A stretch of DNA of 64,000 nucleotides from contig NMRA01000831.1 in NCBI GenBank assembly GCA_002633005.1, positions 25,092-89,091 of the forward strand. Reading direction: 5' to 3'. The stretch comes from Phoronis australis (lineage: Eukaryota; Animalia; Phoronida). Below the pieces are notes generated by a model. It searched no databases. It was given only the letters and a program-made list of their open reading frames with translations, and was not told the DNA's origin. The translations under genes and the position numbers were made by a program. Shown here in pieces: positions 13,101-28,100 of this stretch (the stretch's first letter is position 1; each line of letters begins with the position of its first letter).

Positions 13101-16100
13101 GTTTTACAGACAGTTCCCCTGTGTTGTGCTGTTTCTTCACTACCACGTCTATCTCATTGAACTTCACTTTTCCTGAAAGTTGAAATCAGTCATTAGATTA
13201 TACTTTATGAAAAAAGGAAAATCATTGACAAAAGCAATGTAAAGCATTGATATTCAACTACACTTCTGTCTAGTTTATGAGGGCATAGCATGAGGAAAGT
13301 TCCTTTTGAAACAGGGCCGCTGTAGTCATATCTTTAATAACTGATCCCATTTAGTTTGGCCAAACTTGCCTTAGTCTCAAAGTGTACAGAACGGTTTTGC
13401 ACTTTTTTATATCCACTTTGGGCCATAAAAAATGGTATGAAACAAATCTATATCTTACCCTAAACATATTTACAATGTTACAATTTTATTTCCTCCATTA
13501 CCATTTTCTTAATTAGTAGCTCAATTTTTGCCATGCGGAATATTACGCAGATTTTGCGGAATATTACGCAGTCAGTGCGGAATATTAAGCAGATTTTGCA
13601 AAATATTACGCACTTGCAGAATACTGTGAAAATTTTGTGGAATACAGTGCAGTTGCGAAATATTATGTATATTTTGTGGAATAATAAGCATAATAATAAT
13701 TTATTTTTAAAAATCAATGTGACAGTTGCAGAAGGGTTCCACAAACAGAAAAGTCTTGCCCAGGACTAAAATGCTTAAATTTTCTCCCGGTCAAATAAAC
13801 ATGAACTACATTCCCATCTCAATTTCACTTGAAAGTATAATGTGTTCACTAACAATAATTAATCAATGTGACAGTTGCAGAACGGTTCCACATCCGAAAC
13901 GGTTTCGCAAACAGAATAGTTTTTTGGAGCACTCAATTTTTTTGATTCTCATGCCCAATCAAGTTAAAATGCATTAAATAATCAATACGATTTGAAAGTA
14001 TCAATGCGACAATCCTAATAATAATTAGTTGATCAATGTGACAGTTGCGAACCGTTCCGCAAACAAGTTATGTGGAGCTCTCAATTTTTTAAAATTTCTT
14101 CTTGCACATTAAAGTTAAAAGGTATTCTATTCTCAATAACACAAAAATATCAATGTGTCAACATGTGTCAATAACTAATCAGTAGGGAACATGCGGAATG
14201 ATATGTGATGCAGAAACCTACCTCAAGCAGGCTCGAGAAAAATTGACATTTTGTCTATGCAATTTTACCGCTTTTGGTAGAATCTTAACTCAAGCCATGA
14301 AAATTTCAAATCTTAATGTGCAACAAGCATAAAACATAAAAGTATCAGAATTTCTATTCTAACAATAATTACTTAATAAAAGTGACAGTTGCGGAACCGT
14401 TTCGCATGCGGAACCATTCTGCATGCAGAACCGTTCCGCATGCAGAACCGTTCAGCAAGGAGAACGATTTCCCGAGCAGAATGGTTTTGTGGGGTATTTG
14501 TTTTACCCAATAAACTTAAAATACATTCCATTATCAATACCACTTGAAAGTATCAATGTGACAACCCTAACAATAATTACTTGATCAATGTGACAGTTGC
14601 AGAACCGTTACGCATGCAGAACCGTTCAGCATGCGAAACTGTTGCGCATGGGGAACGATTTCCCAAACAGAATGGTTTTGCAGGATATTTGTTTTTCAAA
14701 ATCAAATTAAAATGCATTCCAATATCAATACCACTTGAAAGTATCAATGTGACAATCCTAACGATAAATAGTTGATCAATGTGACAGTTGCGAACCGTTC
14801 CGCAGACAATAGTTTACTGGAGTTCAGAATTTTTTTCAATTTGTTCTTGCACATTAAAGTTCAAATATATTCTATTCTCAATAACACATGGAAATATTAA
14901 TGTGTCAACATGAACAGTGATTAATCAGTGGGGAACTTGCTGAATGATTTGTGATGCAGAAACCTACCTCAAGCAGACTCGGAGAAAAATTGACATCTTG
15001 TCTATGCCATTTTACCGCTTTTGGTAGAACGTTAACACAAGCCACAAAATATTCAAATCTTAACGTGAAACAAGCATAAAACATAAAAGTATAAGAATTT
15101 CTACACTAACAATAATTAATAGATGTGACAGTTGCGGAACCGTTCCGCATGCAAAATCGCTTCGCATGAGGAACGATTTCCCAAACAGAATGGTTTTGCG
15201 GGGTATTCTTTTTGCCCAACAAAGTTAAAATGTATTTCATTCTCAATACCAATTGAAAGTATCAAAGTGACAATCCTAACAATAATTAGTTGATCAATGT
15301 GACTGTTGCATGCTGAACGGCTCCACAAACAATGGCTTTGTGGAGCTCATCATCATTGTAATTATGTTCACATTCAAAAAATGTTGAGTACAGACCATTT
15401 ACACTTTTAAGCAAAAGAGATGAGCTTTTCAAAATTTCTTATATTCCTACATCTCTTCATTTGATTGCATAACTTTTGAAAAATATACAGACAATAGCGG
15501 ATTTGCAGCGCAAACGAACTACGCATTGCGCATGTGCGAGTTACTTCCTGCGCAAAGGCTCATGGGATAGCTTGTGGTCAGGCATGTCTTGAGCAGGCTG
15601 GATAGTGTGTGCATTTGGAGTGATTTGCAAACTAAAAACCATGTTTCATTTGCTTTATAATACCAAGCAAGTCCTCTCTCTCGTTTGTAAACACAGCGTA
15701 GCTATGATCAGTGACCGTGTGACCGAGGACACGACTGTCGTCATGTTCAGTATTGGGGCTATCGGCGTTGATTTCGAAATCTCCTCCGGTTTCAGACAAG
15801 TTGATAGTTCTTGGGTTGCTTAACTTTTGTAGCTTTCCCCGTGGATATGCTAGAGACGTTAATTTTAAGAGGAAACTCCGTCGGAATGTTGTTCTCATAC
15901 GTCTTTTTTCCACCAGGAAAATGTTCGCTGCACACACGATGGTCCCTAGGCAATTACATCGCCTGGATGCCGCAGGGGCGATAGTACGTCCTCACAAGAA
16001 GTTACTCATTTCAAAATACAGCAAATAAAATCAAATGAACCATACATATAGGAACACGGAGTTATAATTAACGCATACCACGAGTCTGGATACAATTTAG

Positions 16101-19100
16101 TCAGCAAAACTTGTCATGAACAAATCGATGAAAATCTGTCGCGGTTTGCTCGAGTTTCTCTCAGTTACCGGGTGCCATTTTGAGGAAGTTACGTGAAATT
16201 ACGCATGTTGACGAATAAAAAGTCTAAGGGACACAGATCTTACAAGTTTCACCCGAAACCTTCTCATGCTATTTTACAAGTGTCACGCGCTAGCGTCACG
16301 CGCTTCGCTGAGTCTCGCGCTAAGCCCGGCTTTGCCTAACTCACGTGATTCTGTGTGACATGCTTTATGGTTATCGCGCACGCGGTGATAAAATTAACGG
16401 CAACCAAAAAAGTGAAGTTGTAATTCCGCGCCAAAGTCAACTTAATTCTCACAACTAAGCTTAAGATATGTATAGAAGTAGAAAGGAACAATGATGAAAG
16501 TAAGCGTTTTTTAAATGATAGTTTTAAGTGTAGAATGTATTTTTGACGAGGTGAAAACTCGAAATCGGTAATCCAAATCCGGTCACGACCCATTTAAAAT
16601 ACACTGAAGTAACGAAATGAGTACAGAAAGCGAATGGAAGTATTGTAGCCCCTATATGGCCAACCGAGGGGCTACGTGTTGCCTACTAGATGGCTCCGCG
16701 TTGGTTTGAATGCGCTAAATCTCCCCTTACTCCCAGCTCTCCTAATATTGTTTATCCATTTTTCACGAAGTTCTTGGTTTGCAGGGAACACATAAAAACT
16801 CAGATTTTTATCTCTCTTGTTGTTTTTGAAGCAGCCAGGAACACAACAAGAGTATCCGCCGTAAGTTTTCTTCGCGCTCATACCGCGTATTATGCTTGAT
16901 ACTATGGCCACTTTCGGAATCCTGACCACAGCACCCACAATGCACCATTTTAACCTAATTTCAATATGACGTCGCTGCAAATCCGCTATTCTCAAGACAC
17001 AGCCACTAGGAGGCGCCAGAGTAGTCAAGGTAGTCACAAATCCTCGTCAGCCATGCTCTATACAGTAAAAGCATACATACCAATTCTCACAATCATCCTT
17101 AGAACGGGGGGGTGGAGGCCAAAAAACAGACTCGAAAACAGTAAAAATGGCCACTAGGTGGAGCAAAATACCTCGAATCTATCCGAAAACGGTAAGATAG
17201 TGTCATCTCACTAATAGATGCCAAATTTTATGAAAATCTGTTGAGGACCTTTGAAGATACAGAGGTAAACGTAAAAAACAAAATTGCCACTAGGGGGTGC
17301 AACGGTCGATCGATACATACGAATATTGTCATCATTCGTTGTCAACATCATGTGAATATACTTGTTACATCCAGTAAAAATCCTGCAAACAGTTTAGGAG
17401 AAACAGCCATGGCCGCAAAAAAAAACTGCCACTAAGAGGCGCCACTGTAGTCAAAGTCGTCAGAAAATCATTGTCAGTCACCCACAATAGGTACATATAC
17501 ACCAATTTTCAAAATCATCAGAGCTGTTTGCTTGATAAAAGAGCGGACGTCAAAAAAAAAACAGACTCAAAAACAGTAAAAATGGCCACTAAGTGATGCA
17601 AAGAACCTTGAATCTGTCTTAAAACGGGAGGACGGCATCATCTTACTAATATATGCCTAACTGCCAAATTTCATGAAAATCCGTTGAGGGCCTCCAAAAA
17701 TACAGAGGTAAGAATAAAAAACTAAAATTGCTACTAGGAGGCACACCGTCGTCAGCTTGATAGGCAAACATCTGTCAAATCTCATCAAGATCCTGTGAGA
17801 GATTTAAAAGATACCGCTGCGGACGCTAGATGCCCAGACGGCCAGACAGAGATGACGGCAATATGCGACTACACATAAATATGTGGGCGCATAAAATTTT
17901 TTGAGCCAAGACAATGACAAAAGTCTGTTAACAGTTACATAAGCAATTAAATTCAATGTCAGAATTATAAGCAGGTATCACTGTCAATTACTACACCAGT
18001 AATTCATGCATGCATATCATTTTTGGCACATCAACTTGTGTGATAACTTTGAAGCCATATATATGAAACCATGATAACTTCATTGTCTACTAATCGCTAA
18101 AGTTGGTTTGAAATTTTGAATTAACATTGTAGAAGCATAGATTTCATGACATGTCGTCTTCTCAGAATATTTCCTTTTGCCCAAATTTTGGCTCAATACT
18201 CAGATTGACCTGGTATTAAGATGCAACTTGGCAAATCAACTTGGTACTTTGAAAGCATCAGCTTATCATTTGTAAAGAGTAGCATACTCTTGACAAGCAT
18301 TTTTTCATCTTCTTAACACAGGAGCTCTGGCAAAAAAAGCAACCAAAGTTGTAAAAAAATTACCATCAAAAACTGATCCAAAACCACCTTCTCCGATTTT
18401 TTTCTCATCATTAATGCCAACGTAACGATCAAACTCGTCAAAGTCTTTGAACTGATGAAAGGGGTGGAAGTCACTTGCAGTACTAGTAGACGCACTCCCA
18501 GGTACTTCAGGCAGCACGAGTGTAAAACTTGAAATACAAGAAAAAATAGAACATTATTGCCCATAAAAGACAATAATAATCCGTACAATTTTTGTGTTTA
18601 TAAATTCATCATGAAAATAAAGTAAAATTACTTGATTTATATTTTCCATTAAATTGACTTTAGAATTAATTTTGCATGGATTAAATTGTATCAAATGTTA
18701 TAATTTAATTACTTATCATTATAACTTCTATCAAAAAATAATGTATTGGACTTAAACATAACAGAGTTGATTTCCGATAATGTTTGAGAAACAACTTTAT
18801 CACAATCTATTTTGCCCGGGGTATGCCACGAGCTACGATGAAGAGTAAAACAAGATGAGAATTGAAAGTAATGTCCTTTATTATGACGTAAGTAGAAGAA
18901 CTAAATGAAACTCAGCAAGATGGGCATGGAAAAAATTCAGAATACAAAGGTAGGTCTTGCAGATGACGAAGTAGATGGCTTAATGAGCTACACCACGTTG
19001 AATTGAATAAAGGAAATATGAGTGACCAATCAGGTGTCTAGTAGAGAAATGTATGAATACAAGAGTAGACCCTTGAGGATATAAATAGAGATGAGTAATG

Positions 19101-22100
19101 CAAATTAAACCCTAAGAGTTGATATAAAAATAAAGTGTCAAAATAATGATGATCAATGCATTTACCAAGTTAAATTTAATTTATTTAACACATATAAAAT
19201 ATGTCGCTGGTTCAGTGTGATCTTCCTGATGCAACAGGTGTTAATAAGCACTGCTTCAACAGATTCCTTCGGTAGCTAATAAGTTGGTTTACTTATTATA
19301 TTAGAATTGGACAAAAGAGGTCTCACTCAGTTTCTTCAGACTGGATGTCACCAAGTTTTTGTGCTAGTGGTGGTGCTAGAGCACCTTGCTGAGTAACAGT
19401 CTCATCTGAAAGCATTATATTAAAAAATTGATTATACACAGTACGTAAATTTCATGTCCATCACATAAAAGTGCAGTCTCTAACACAAATCTGACAGGCC
19501 AGATCTATCCACATAGCAAACAAATCTTTCAAGGGATGCCGAAGATACAGCACATAAACTCAGTTAACTGGAGACCAGTGCCCGGTTGCATGAAGTAGTC
19601 TCAAACAGGAACTCAACTTAGTTCCCTAAATCTACCTCTATTTGTGGATTTGTGAAAACACCTGATGTCCTTCATTATGCTGTTTTAGTTTTAGTACTAA
19701 GTCAACTTTTGGTATTTTTACATTAGTTTTAATACTAAGTCAACTTTTGGTATTGTTACAAAGAGAGAGTGAAATCGACGTTGAATTCTCAATATTTTTG
19801 AAAATGTATAGGGATCTTTTCATGCAATGCTCCTCACTTTAGGACTAAGTCCCTATTTAATTTCATTGAATTCGAGGATCAGTATCATCAATCAAAAGAG
19901 GAGCTCATAACAAACATGAATTGAAAAAAGATCACAGCGAAAAAATCAGAAAAATTCCACCAGAGACAGCAAAGCTATATGGTAGACCTGTGTATCCCCA
20001 AACTGCATTTGAGTACTTTGGACACCACATTTGCAGATTTTTCAGCAAAATTGCCGATTTTTACATAAAGACCAAATATCGAAAATTCGAACTTCCAGCT
20101 TGTTAGTCTATTCAGCTGGTACTTTTCCTAGTTAACTTGCCTCTGAAATAAGTTTTAAAATACACGAAGTGAATTGATCACCAATTATCAGAATTTAAGA
20201 GACGGTGCCCTCATTAATGAAAAGATCCAGTTAATCAATAGACAGATTCCTTACTGAACTTAAATAGTTATGTTAATACATGCTGCAACGGTAATATACA
20301 CCCTGAATCATGATAAGTTGGATTCACAACAGACAGTTCCTTGCTTCAAAAGTTGTGCTCATTTCTTAACCCAAAAACATATCTGCAAAAAAATGTTCAT
20401 GAACCTGCACTGGACAATGTTTTGTACCAGATGACATTTTCTTAACCACTCTCAAGAGTTTGGAATAATTATTCATTGCAAGTGTATGTGAACACGTACC
20501 ACTACACTGCCTGTGAAAAACCTCGAGTTTTACCATCGGCTAAATGTGCCACAAAGTCAGTGCAGTCACCATGTGCGCAAGAAAACAACACGCCACACAA
20601 CTAGCAGAACAAAACTGACAGTCCCTTCCATAAGACAATGTCATCCTTTGGCATAAAATGGCAAAAACAGATGTTCCCTTCTTTCAGAAGCTACTTTCTT
20701 CACAGCTCAGAATATGCTGCTACTCATGCTTTGCCTCTTTGCCAACAGTACATATTTAGCCAGAAATAGCCGAAACTGGACAAAGTAAGCAATCCACAAA
20801 TCACAGAAGTCATTGCTTATAGGTGAGGCCTGTGACAAACATACAGATAGAAGAGGCCTCGCGATTCGCCGATTATCAGGCTATTTCGAGAACGAGATGA
20901 AGCGAGTTTTCCGAGTTCGTAGCTTAACTTTTTGGATAAAATAAAGCTTTTACAATAAATATCTTTTAATATCTAACTTTAAAATCTTTTTGCTTTTCCA
21001 TTTCGACTACAAATCAGGGTATTAAGTGAGAAACAAACGGATTAATAATCTCTTTTGAATTAGCCAAATTTGCATATTTTTGTCTGGTCCTGCGTACTTG
21101 CGCACTGGAGGCTTGGTTTCCGTGTGCATCCACATTTTTGCACATGGTACACAGGTCTGATATGGCTCCAAAAACTAAAAAAAAAGAAGAAATGGCTGCC
21201 ACAATGCGATCTAAAGTCCAATTTTAATAAAAAACCATAGGCGTCACACCTTTTACAAAAATAACAAAACAAAAAAATTATGATACAGCAACACACAAGG
21301 GGAAATTTCATTTCACCGAGTAACAAACAAAAGGTATTTAAAATCTAACATACTAAGCAGAATCTACCATGGAAATGAATACATATTCAAGAAGATGACT
21401 TAATAAATGGAAGTAGAAAAACAAAAACTATGATTAGATGAAAGTTTCTCAAATTGCAAGCAAATAGAATTTTCAAATGTCATCAAAAGTGATTGACCTA
21501 CATACCCATGGATCTAGTATTTTGAAAGTCTTCTGTATTTCTCTTTTTATGAATACCCATCTCATGGCCCACTTCTTCTTTTTCTCTGCAAATGTTTAAA
21601 AGTGAAAGTAAGAAGATTAAAGTGTGTGTTTTCATCTAATAACGGAAAACGGACAGAATTCGCAAAACATGAAAATACTTTTTGTATTAATGTACCATTA
21701 TTATTTTTACGTAAAAACCTTTTTTTGAGTAAAAATTTTCATTTTTAAGAAAGGTACATTCATAGCAAAATAACCCTTCGGTCAATTTTAATGAAACTTT
21801 TTTTAAATGAAAACTTCACCAGTTACCTCAAAAACGCTGTTAGGAATTTTCGATTAGTCTTTTCATTTGGTTTCTATGACAAATCAACTCGCAAAACCAA
21901 AGGTATCTTTGTAAAAAACAGAAGTCATATTCGTCTCTGTTACATTACCCAAAAAATCGGCCTTTATACCGAAAATCCAAACAGTGTTTTAGAGACTGAT
22001 GACTAAATATTAAATTTTTAAAGTTTCAGCGAAATCCACCAAGCCGTTTTCGAGAACTCGTGTTCCTAAGTTCATATAAAGTCGATTTGCCGAAGCCGTG

Positions 22101-25100
22101 AAAAAAACAATTAAACTGGAGTGAGTGAAAATCTCAAAGTCTTCCAGTAATTATTCGGTGAAAACTTGTTTTCGGTACACATAGCCTATACAGGCCTTAA
22201 ATATGTTTGCTATTTCACCATTCACTCGCAATGTCAACTGATTTTGCAATACCTAATTAACTTATCATTAAAATGTACCATTCCCAGCTAACTCTTACAG
22301 TTGTTTGCGACCTATTTGACCTACTTCATATAAATAGGTCACAGTTCATTGTTATACTCATAGCCAGTAGACGTCACGTGCTGGGAGACTGATACGAAAC
22401 TAAGTAAGAAATGGATGACAAAAATCAAATCGGTGGTTAAAGCATGTCGTTAGCACGAGATTGAAACATGGAAATGTCAATTTATTAATCGAATGAAGGA
22501 ATTAGGGTGAGGATTTATCTCTTTTCACAATTTGCTGTGTAACATTTGTTCTCAATGCCAACGGTTGTATGCATGTAGACGCACAACTCCCTTTGGATCA
22601 AAACTGTTTTTTCTTTGTTTTCCTCAGCACCATTCTACCATAAGAACACCTCGTCTACTCAATGTTATGGCGATTTTGTGAAAGGACTGAGGGTATACAA
22701 AGCGGTTCTGTACCTGGCGGGAAATTCGATTTGATTGAAAGCCCTTTCACCTTGGATAAGTAGTAAACAAAATATCCACGCGGTTGTGCGGTTCCAAGGT
22801 GGTTTTGTTAAATCTTTTTTTTTCTCGCTACGCAGTATATATTTTGTATTTTAAGTTCCCCGAGAATGAAGATAAGGTATTTTACTAGACACATGAAATA
22901 TTGTAAAAATGTCCATTTTTCATGAATACGGAATAAGATATCCTTAATGAAGTGATTTTCTTGAACTAGTCTTCAGTCCATCATTGCACCCAAACCTGTT
23001 ACCACCCGTTGGTAACAACCTGCGCCCATCAATCCTCGGGGAAAACATGCCAGAGGCATGCTTATTCTGATGAAGGGGGAGGGTGTTGTGACAGTCAAAA
23101 AGCCTTTCTGTGTTGTTTGCCAAGTGGCAATTACCTCGTGACTGAATTGTTTGGATGCTTGGCTACTGCACGGCCAACCCTAGTTCATGTCTTGGGAGTA
23201 GGCAAATTCCAGGACACCAGGGTATTGTTTAGATCTGCAGGCAGGAGGCGTGCCTGCTACGAAGACACATAGATGAATAAATAAATAGCCACAAGGTGTC
23301 ATGAAATATGTAAAATTCATTTGAAAACAAAACGGCATTTTCGTCTCCTTTCTAAAACACTGTCGAATTTCATGAAAATTCATAAAGGAATGAACTCCGA
23401 AGACACAGAGGCAAAAGTAAGAAACATAAAATTGCCACTATGGAGGATAATGGAAGTTGGATCAATCCAAAATTCGTCATCTGTTTTCAGCTTCATTGAA
23501 ACACATCTGCCAGTTTCCATCAAGATCGTGTGCAGGTGGTTTGCCCACAGTTTGACAAAGAGAACAAGAAATTGCACAACATATATAGAGATCACAACGT
23601 AGAGATCACGTTTATTTTTTGGCCAAAATATGAGTGCAATGATTCATTGACCATTGGTCACACTATAGATTACTCTGATGTTCAGATCTTGGACAAGGAT
23701 GCTGCTACCATCAGGCTCCTCATAAACGAGGCTATGCATATTCGGCTGAATCACGTTAAGCGCTATTTGAATAGAAAGATTGGTTTATTTGAGCTCCAAC
23801 TGATTTCTGGTCTAGTTTCCCCTCACAATGCATTGTGTGCCTGAGCAAACTACCTGTCTCAAACCTAATTTTACCTGACTGGAATATTGTGAACTTTTGT
23901 CTTAAGAATGGTACAGTGATAATGAATCGAAACGTAGATTGCTATAATGTCTTTGTTTACAAGAGCACTGATTCTAAAGTTTGTGCTAAAATAAAGAAGC
24001 AGTCATGTTGCCACTAAGTGACACAACAGCAGTTAAATTTATCCAGATGTCCTTATCTGCAAGAATTTTCATAGGAACAAACTAGACAAATTTCACAAAG
24101 ACCCTCCAAGTAAAGAGATATGATCGCAAAGTAGTCATTGGAAACCTACTGAGTTCTTATCCAAGAGTATGTTGAACTTTATCAGTACAGGCTACAACAT
24201 TGAAAGTCTAGTCAGCAATACGAACACAACTGAAAGTAATATTAAGTATCTATGGCTACAGATGCAGGTTTGACTTACTTTTCTTCCACGCAGTGGTCAC
24301 CAGAACCACTGTAGAAAGCAGATTGAGGTTGGTTTACCACATTACTCCTGTAAAATAAAAATTTAAATAACACGTAGCACTACAACTAATTAACCGCAAA
24401 ATCAGCACAAGGGAGCTTCTGAAGTAGCTTTGCACCGATTGCGCGGCTGAGGGCAAAAAAACTGGCCAAATAAAATATGACCAAAATAGTGTGATTAAAA
24501 AATACAATATTCCTTGAGTAAACTAAATTATTTACTGGTGTTCTGTGTCAGTTTCTTTTTGCGCCGATTCTTAAATCAACTTTTCTTCCCTCACAAGGTT
24601 GTGTAAAAGTCACAAAAAATTTCAGAGCTGGTTTCATTTCGTTACAAATTTTAAGTATTTTAGTACCAGCAAACTGAATTTCAGAATAAATTTCGCTGCT
24701 GCGAAGCTGTCATCATCTCCCATGGGATGTTGTAAGAATTAGGACATGGCGTGTGCATATGTCACAAACTTACTGTTTCCAAAACAATGACAGATTTTTC
24801 TTTGTAACAAAAAGCGGGGAATAATGCAAGAAAATGATGTTCATAAGATTGTTTTCACTAAACAGCTGCAACAGGTAAGGTGAGTGTAGATTGACTCCCA
24901 GATTTTGCATGCACCCCCGCCGGTTTTTAGCTCTATAGATTGATATAATTTTCATGGCAAGGTGACAAGCAGAAATACACAGTTTGTGTGAAACATTGGA
25001 GTCTAACAGAGCTCAACACAATGTGGTTAAACTAGCGTTATTTTGACGATAGGCTTCTTACGGCTAGTTGGCTGGCTACATCTCAAGTAACTGCTTTTTG

Positions 25101-28100
25101 TTCATACCTGCCATAAAAGATCTAGCTGTGAATTGACACCCAATGTGAAGTATTTGTTCAGGGTTAATGCCCACACTCATCCAAACACACCCTCCTCCCA
25201 TAATTTTCTAAATTTTCATTTTTGTATGAATGCACATAATTATCAAAACTGCCGCCAGAGGCCTTAGAATATGCTGGAGCCGTGCGAAACTGGGCAGCTG
25301 TAACCTTCTTTATAGAAAAACATAACTCAAACTTTATGAAGTGCCACCAAGAGACTTCACACCGGCAAATGCAAAGAGAGGATATTGCTACAAAGAGGCA
25401 GGGCACAAGTCAGATCCGTACTGAAGTCAAGGTAAAAAGTATTTACATTGACACGAAAAATTAGGCCAACCAAAGAGAATGACAACCCTTTAAAGAAGTT
25501 GGTAGATATTGAAGCATTCACAAAAAATAAAACTGTCGCATCTGTTCAAAATCAATGCCAGTCTCTTGAATAGAAACATGATCTGTCAAATTCTATGGTG
25601 ATCCTTCACCAAACTAGGTGGATATTGCGGTCTGCATAAAAACCCAATACTGCCATTAAGGAACATAAAAGTATTCAGATTCCCAAATTCACTAAGAACA
25701 TCATGATGACGACCCTTCAAAACAATTGGCACATAGAAAACCACTGAAATTGTTATTAGGAAGTATGTGAAGATGCTGCCACTAAGTGGCACAGGAGCAG
25801 CTAAATTTGTCCAGCAGACATCCTCATTCGTCGTCATAACTTGATCATGGGTGCATAGCATCCACAACAACAGATACAGCTTTGACTTTAATTACACTTT
25901 CTCTATGTGGCCATCATCAAAATAATTGCCCATATCAGACTTAAGTGTTGTGAAAACCTGGTCACTGTAAAATAAAAAAATAAATATGTCAGGAATAGGC
26001 TGACAATGATATTAGTTTAATGAATTTCATTTTATTAATCTGTTTGTACACTTGCAGATAACACTTGATTGAAACAGACCCTTGAGGTCAGGACATTGAT
26101 GATGTATTTTGTACAACAAAAAATATTGTGCACTTAAGTGAATGATGTAATCTAGAACATTCTAGAGCCTAGTATTTGTTTGAGTAGAATACATGAAGTT
26201 CTAGAATGTGCTTTAATTGGCGTTTTGTTCCAGAATACCGTGAAAGGCTGAGAACTGAAGGCAAACCCGCGAGGCTGAAAAGCAGATGGACAGTAAACGA
26301 ATGGAGCAAAAGAGGGCACTAGCCACAATAAAAGCTGAGCAGGTTGCAACTGAGGGGAACCCAGTGAGGACAACTGGTGACGCCAAACTGCAGCTACCTA
26401 AGTTTAACGAAAAGCAGGACGATGTGGAAAACTTCCTGCAAAGGTTCAAAGGATATGCCAAGACTTCAGGTTGGATTCAGAGTGAATGGCAATTAGACTC
26501 AGTCCCCTGTTAACACAAGGGCTACAATCTACCTATGACTATGCACTGGACTATGTGACACTCAAAACGGCTTTCCTGAAGTGGTATGAACTCACTAAAA
26601 AGGAATTTCGCAAGCAGTTCTGATAACCAAGAGCTGACAAGGTCAAGATGGCTTACCAGTTTGTGGCCCACCTACAGCACTACCCAGACAGATGAATCAA
26701 CATGTAGAAATTTGATGAGTTGAGAGACCTGTTGGTACGTGAGCAGTAAAAGAAAAACCTGTGTAAGAGACCTGACCTTGTTCCTATGAGAGTGGACACC
26801 CAAGCCTGTTTCAGAGATGGTTGACTTGGAAGACAGGTATGCTGAGGCCCATGGAGTTGATGTATCAAGCACTCGGTCGTCAATAAAAGAGTCCCAAGAA
26901 TGACTAGTCAAGCCAGACACCCAGAAGGTCGACCAAAAGAAAACAGACCTCACAGAGGAAAGCTAGGTGCTTTCTCTGTCACAAAGCTGGACACTTGCCA
27001 AGAGACTGGTACACAAAAGTCAGCAGCAGTCTACCACCAAGGCTCCCAGAGTAAGGAGAGGGATTTGATGAAGCGTGCTAACCCTGAAGGTGCCTTCAAA
27101 GGAAAGCTACATCTGAAGGACGGATACGTTGGCATGAAGAAGGTCTTGGTGCCGAGAGACAAAGGCTACACCATCAACCATTGTGATTCGATCCAGTTTA
27201 ATTGAACTAAGAGTTATGACCTGCCCGAAGAGGTCATGCGAGTTGGCATACTCAACATAAAGACACCTTACAACATGGGAGAAGTGTTTGCGATGTGCAT
27301 GAAACATCCAGTGGCAGAATCGATTATCGAGAACGTCACTGGAGCCTTGGACTCTGGGGATATTGAGCAACAACAGACAACAGCCTAGTGGAGGGTACAA
27401 AAGATGACCCTCAAGTGGGTACTAGTGTGGAAATTATAAGGAGAGGTGAATTTCAATGGAACCAAGTGACAGCAAAGAGAAAGAGACTGTATTGGGGAAA
27501 ACAAAAGCAAAAACAAGACTGAGGACAAAGGTTAATCTACATCCTGCCCCCCCCACGAAACCAAAAAATATAACACCAGTCTAAACTGACAGTTCAAGAG
27601 GAAGTATGTCCAAAAACAACAGTGCTACAACAGTTAACGATAATATCCTGAGATGGGTTGTTTTCACGTTACCACAAGAATAATTGTGATCCTTCTCTAA
27701 TTAACCATCTGAGAGAAATGCGCGGGGAGTAACTGTAAACAGTAACAGTTTGTGGAGACTTTTGATCATGCACGGACCTGTGTGAAAGAAGCCGTCACCT
27801 GCGTAGGCAGCAAATACCAATCTAAGTGTAGTAGTTGCAGAGTCCTTTACGACAAAAAAGTGAGAAACAAGAATGCGAATTTTCTTCACTCCAAGGGTTT
27901 TCAAACTAGGCAAAACCTCAATATAACCCTTGTTGACATGCTCTTGATCTGCTGGTTTATTGGGGCAACAATGTTTTAAGTTATTAAGATAGGGACGTCG
28001 ATCACACCCTCAGATGTGGCAATGCCAATAGTAGATCCACCGACACGGTTAAGAGAAAAACTAACATGAAAGCCACTAACTCTTATGTCAACAAAATCAT

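Noticed and set aside
13478-13769. Repetitive ORFs on both strands
   Set aside because: Translations of the 21-bp minisatellite.
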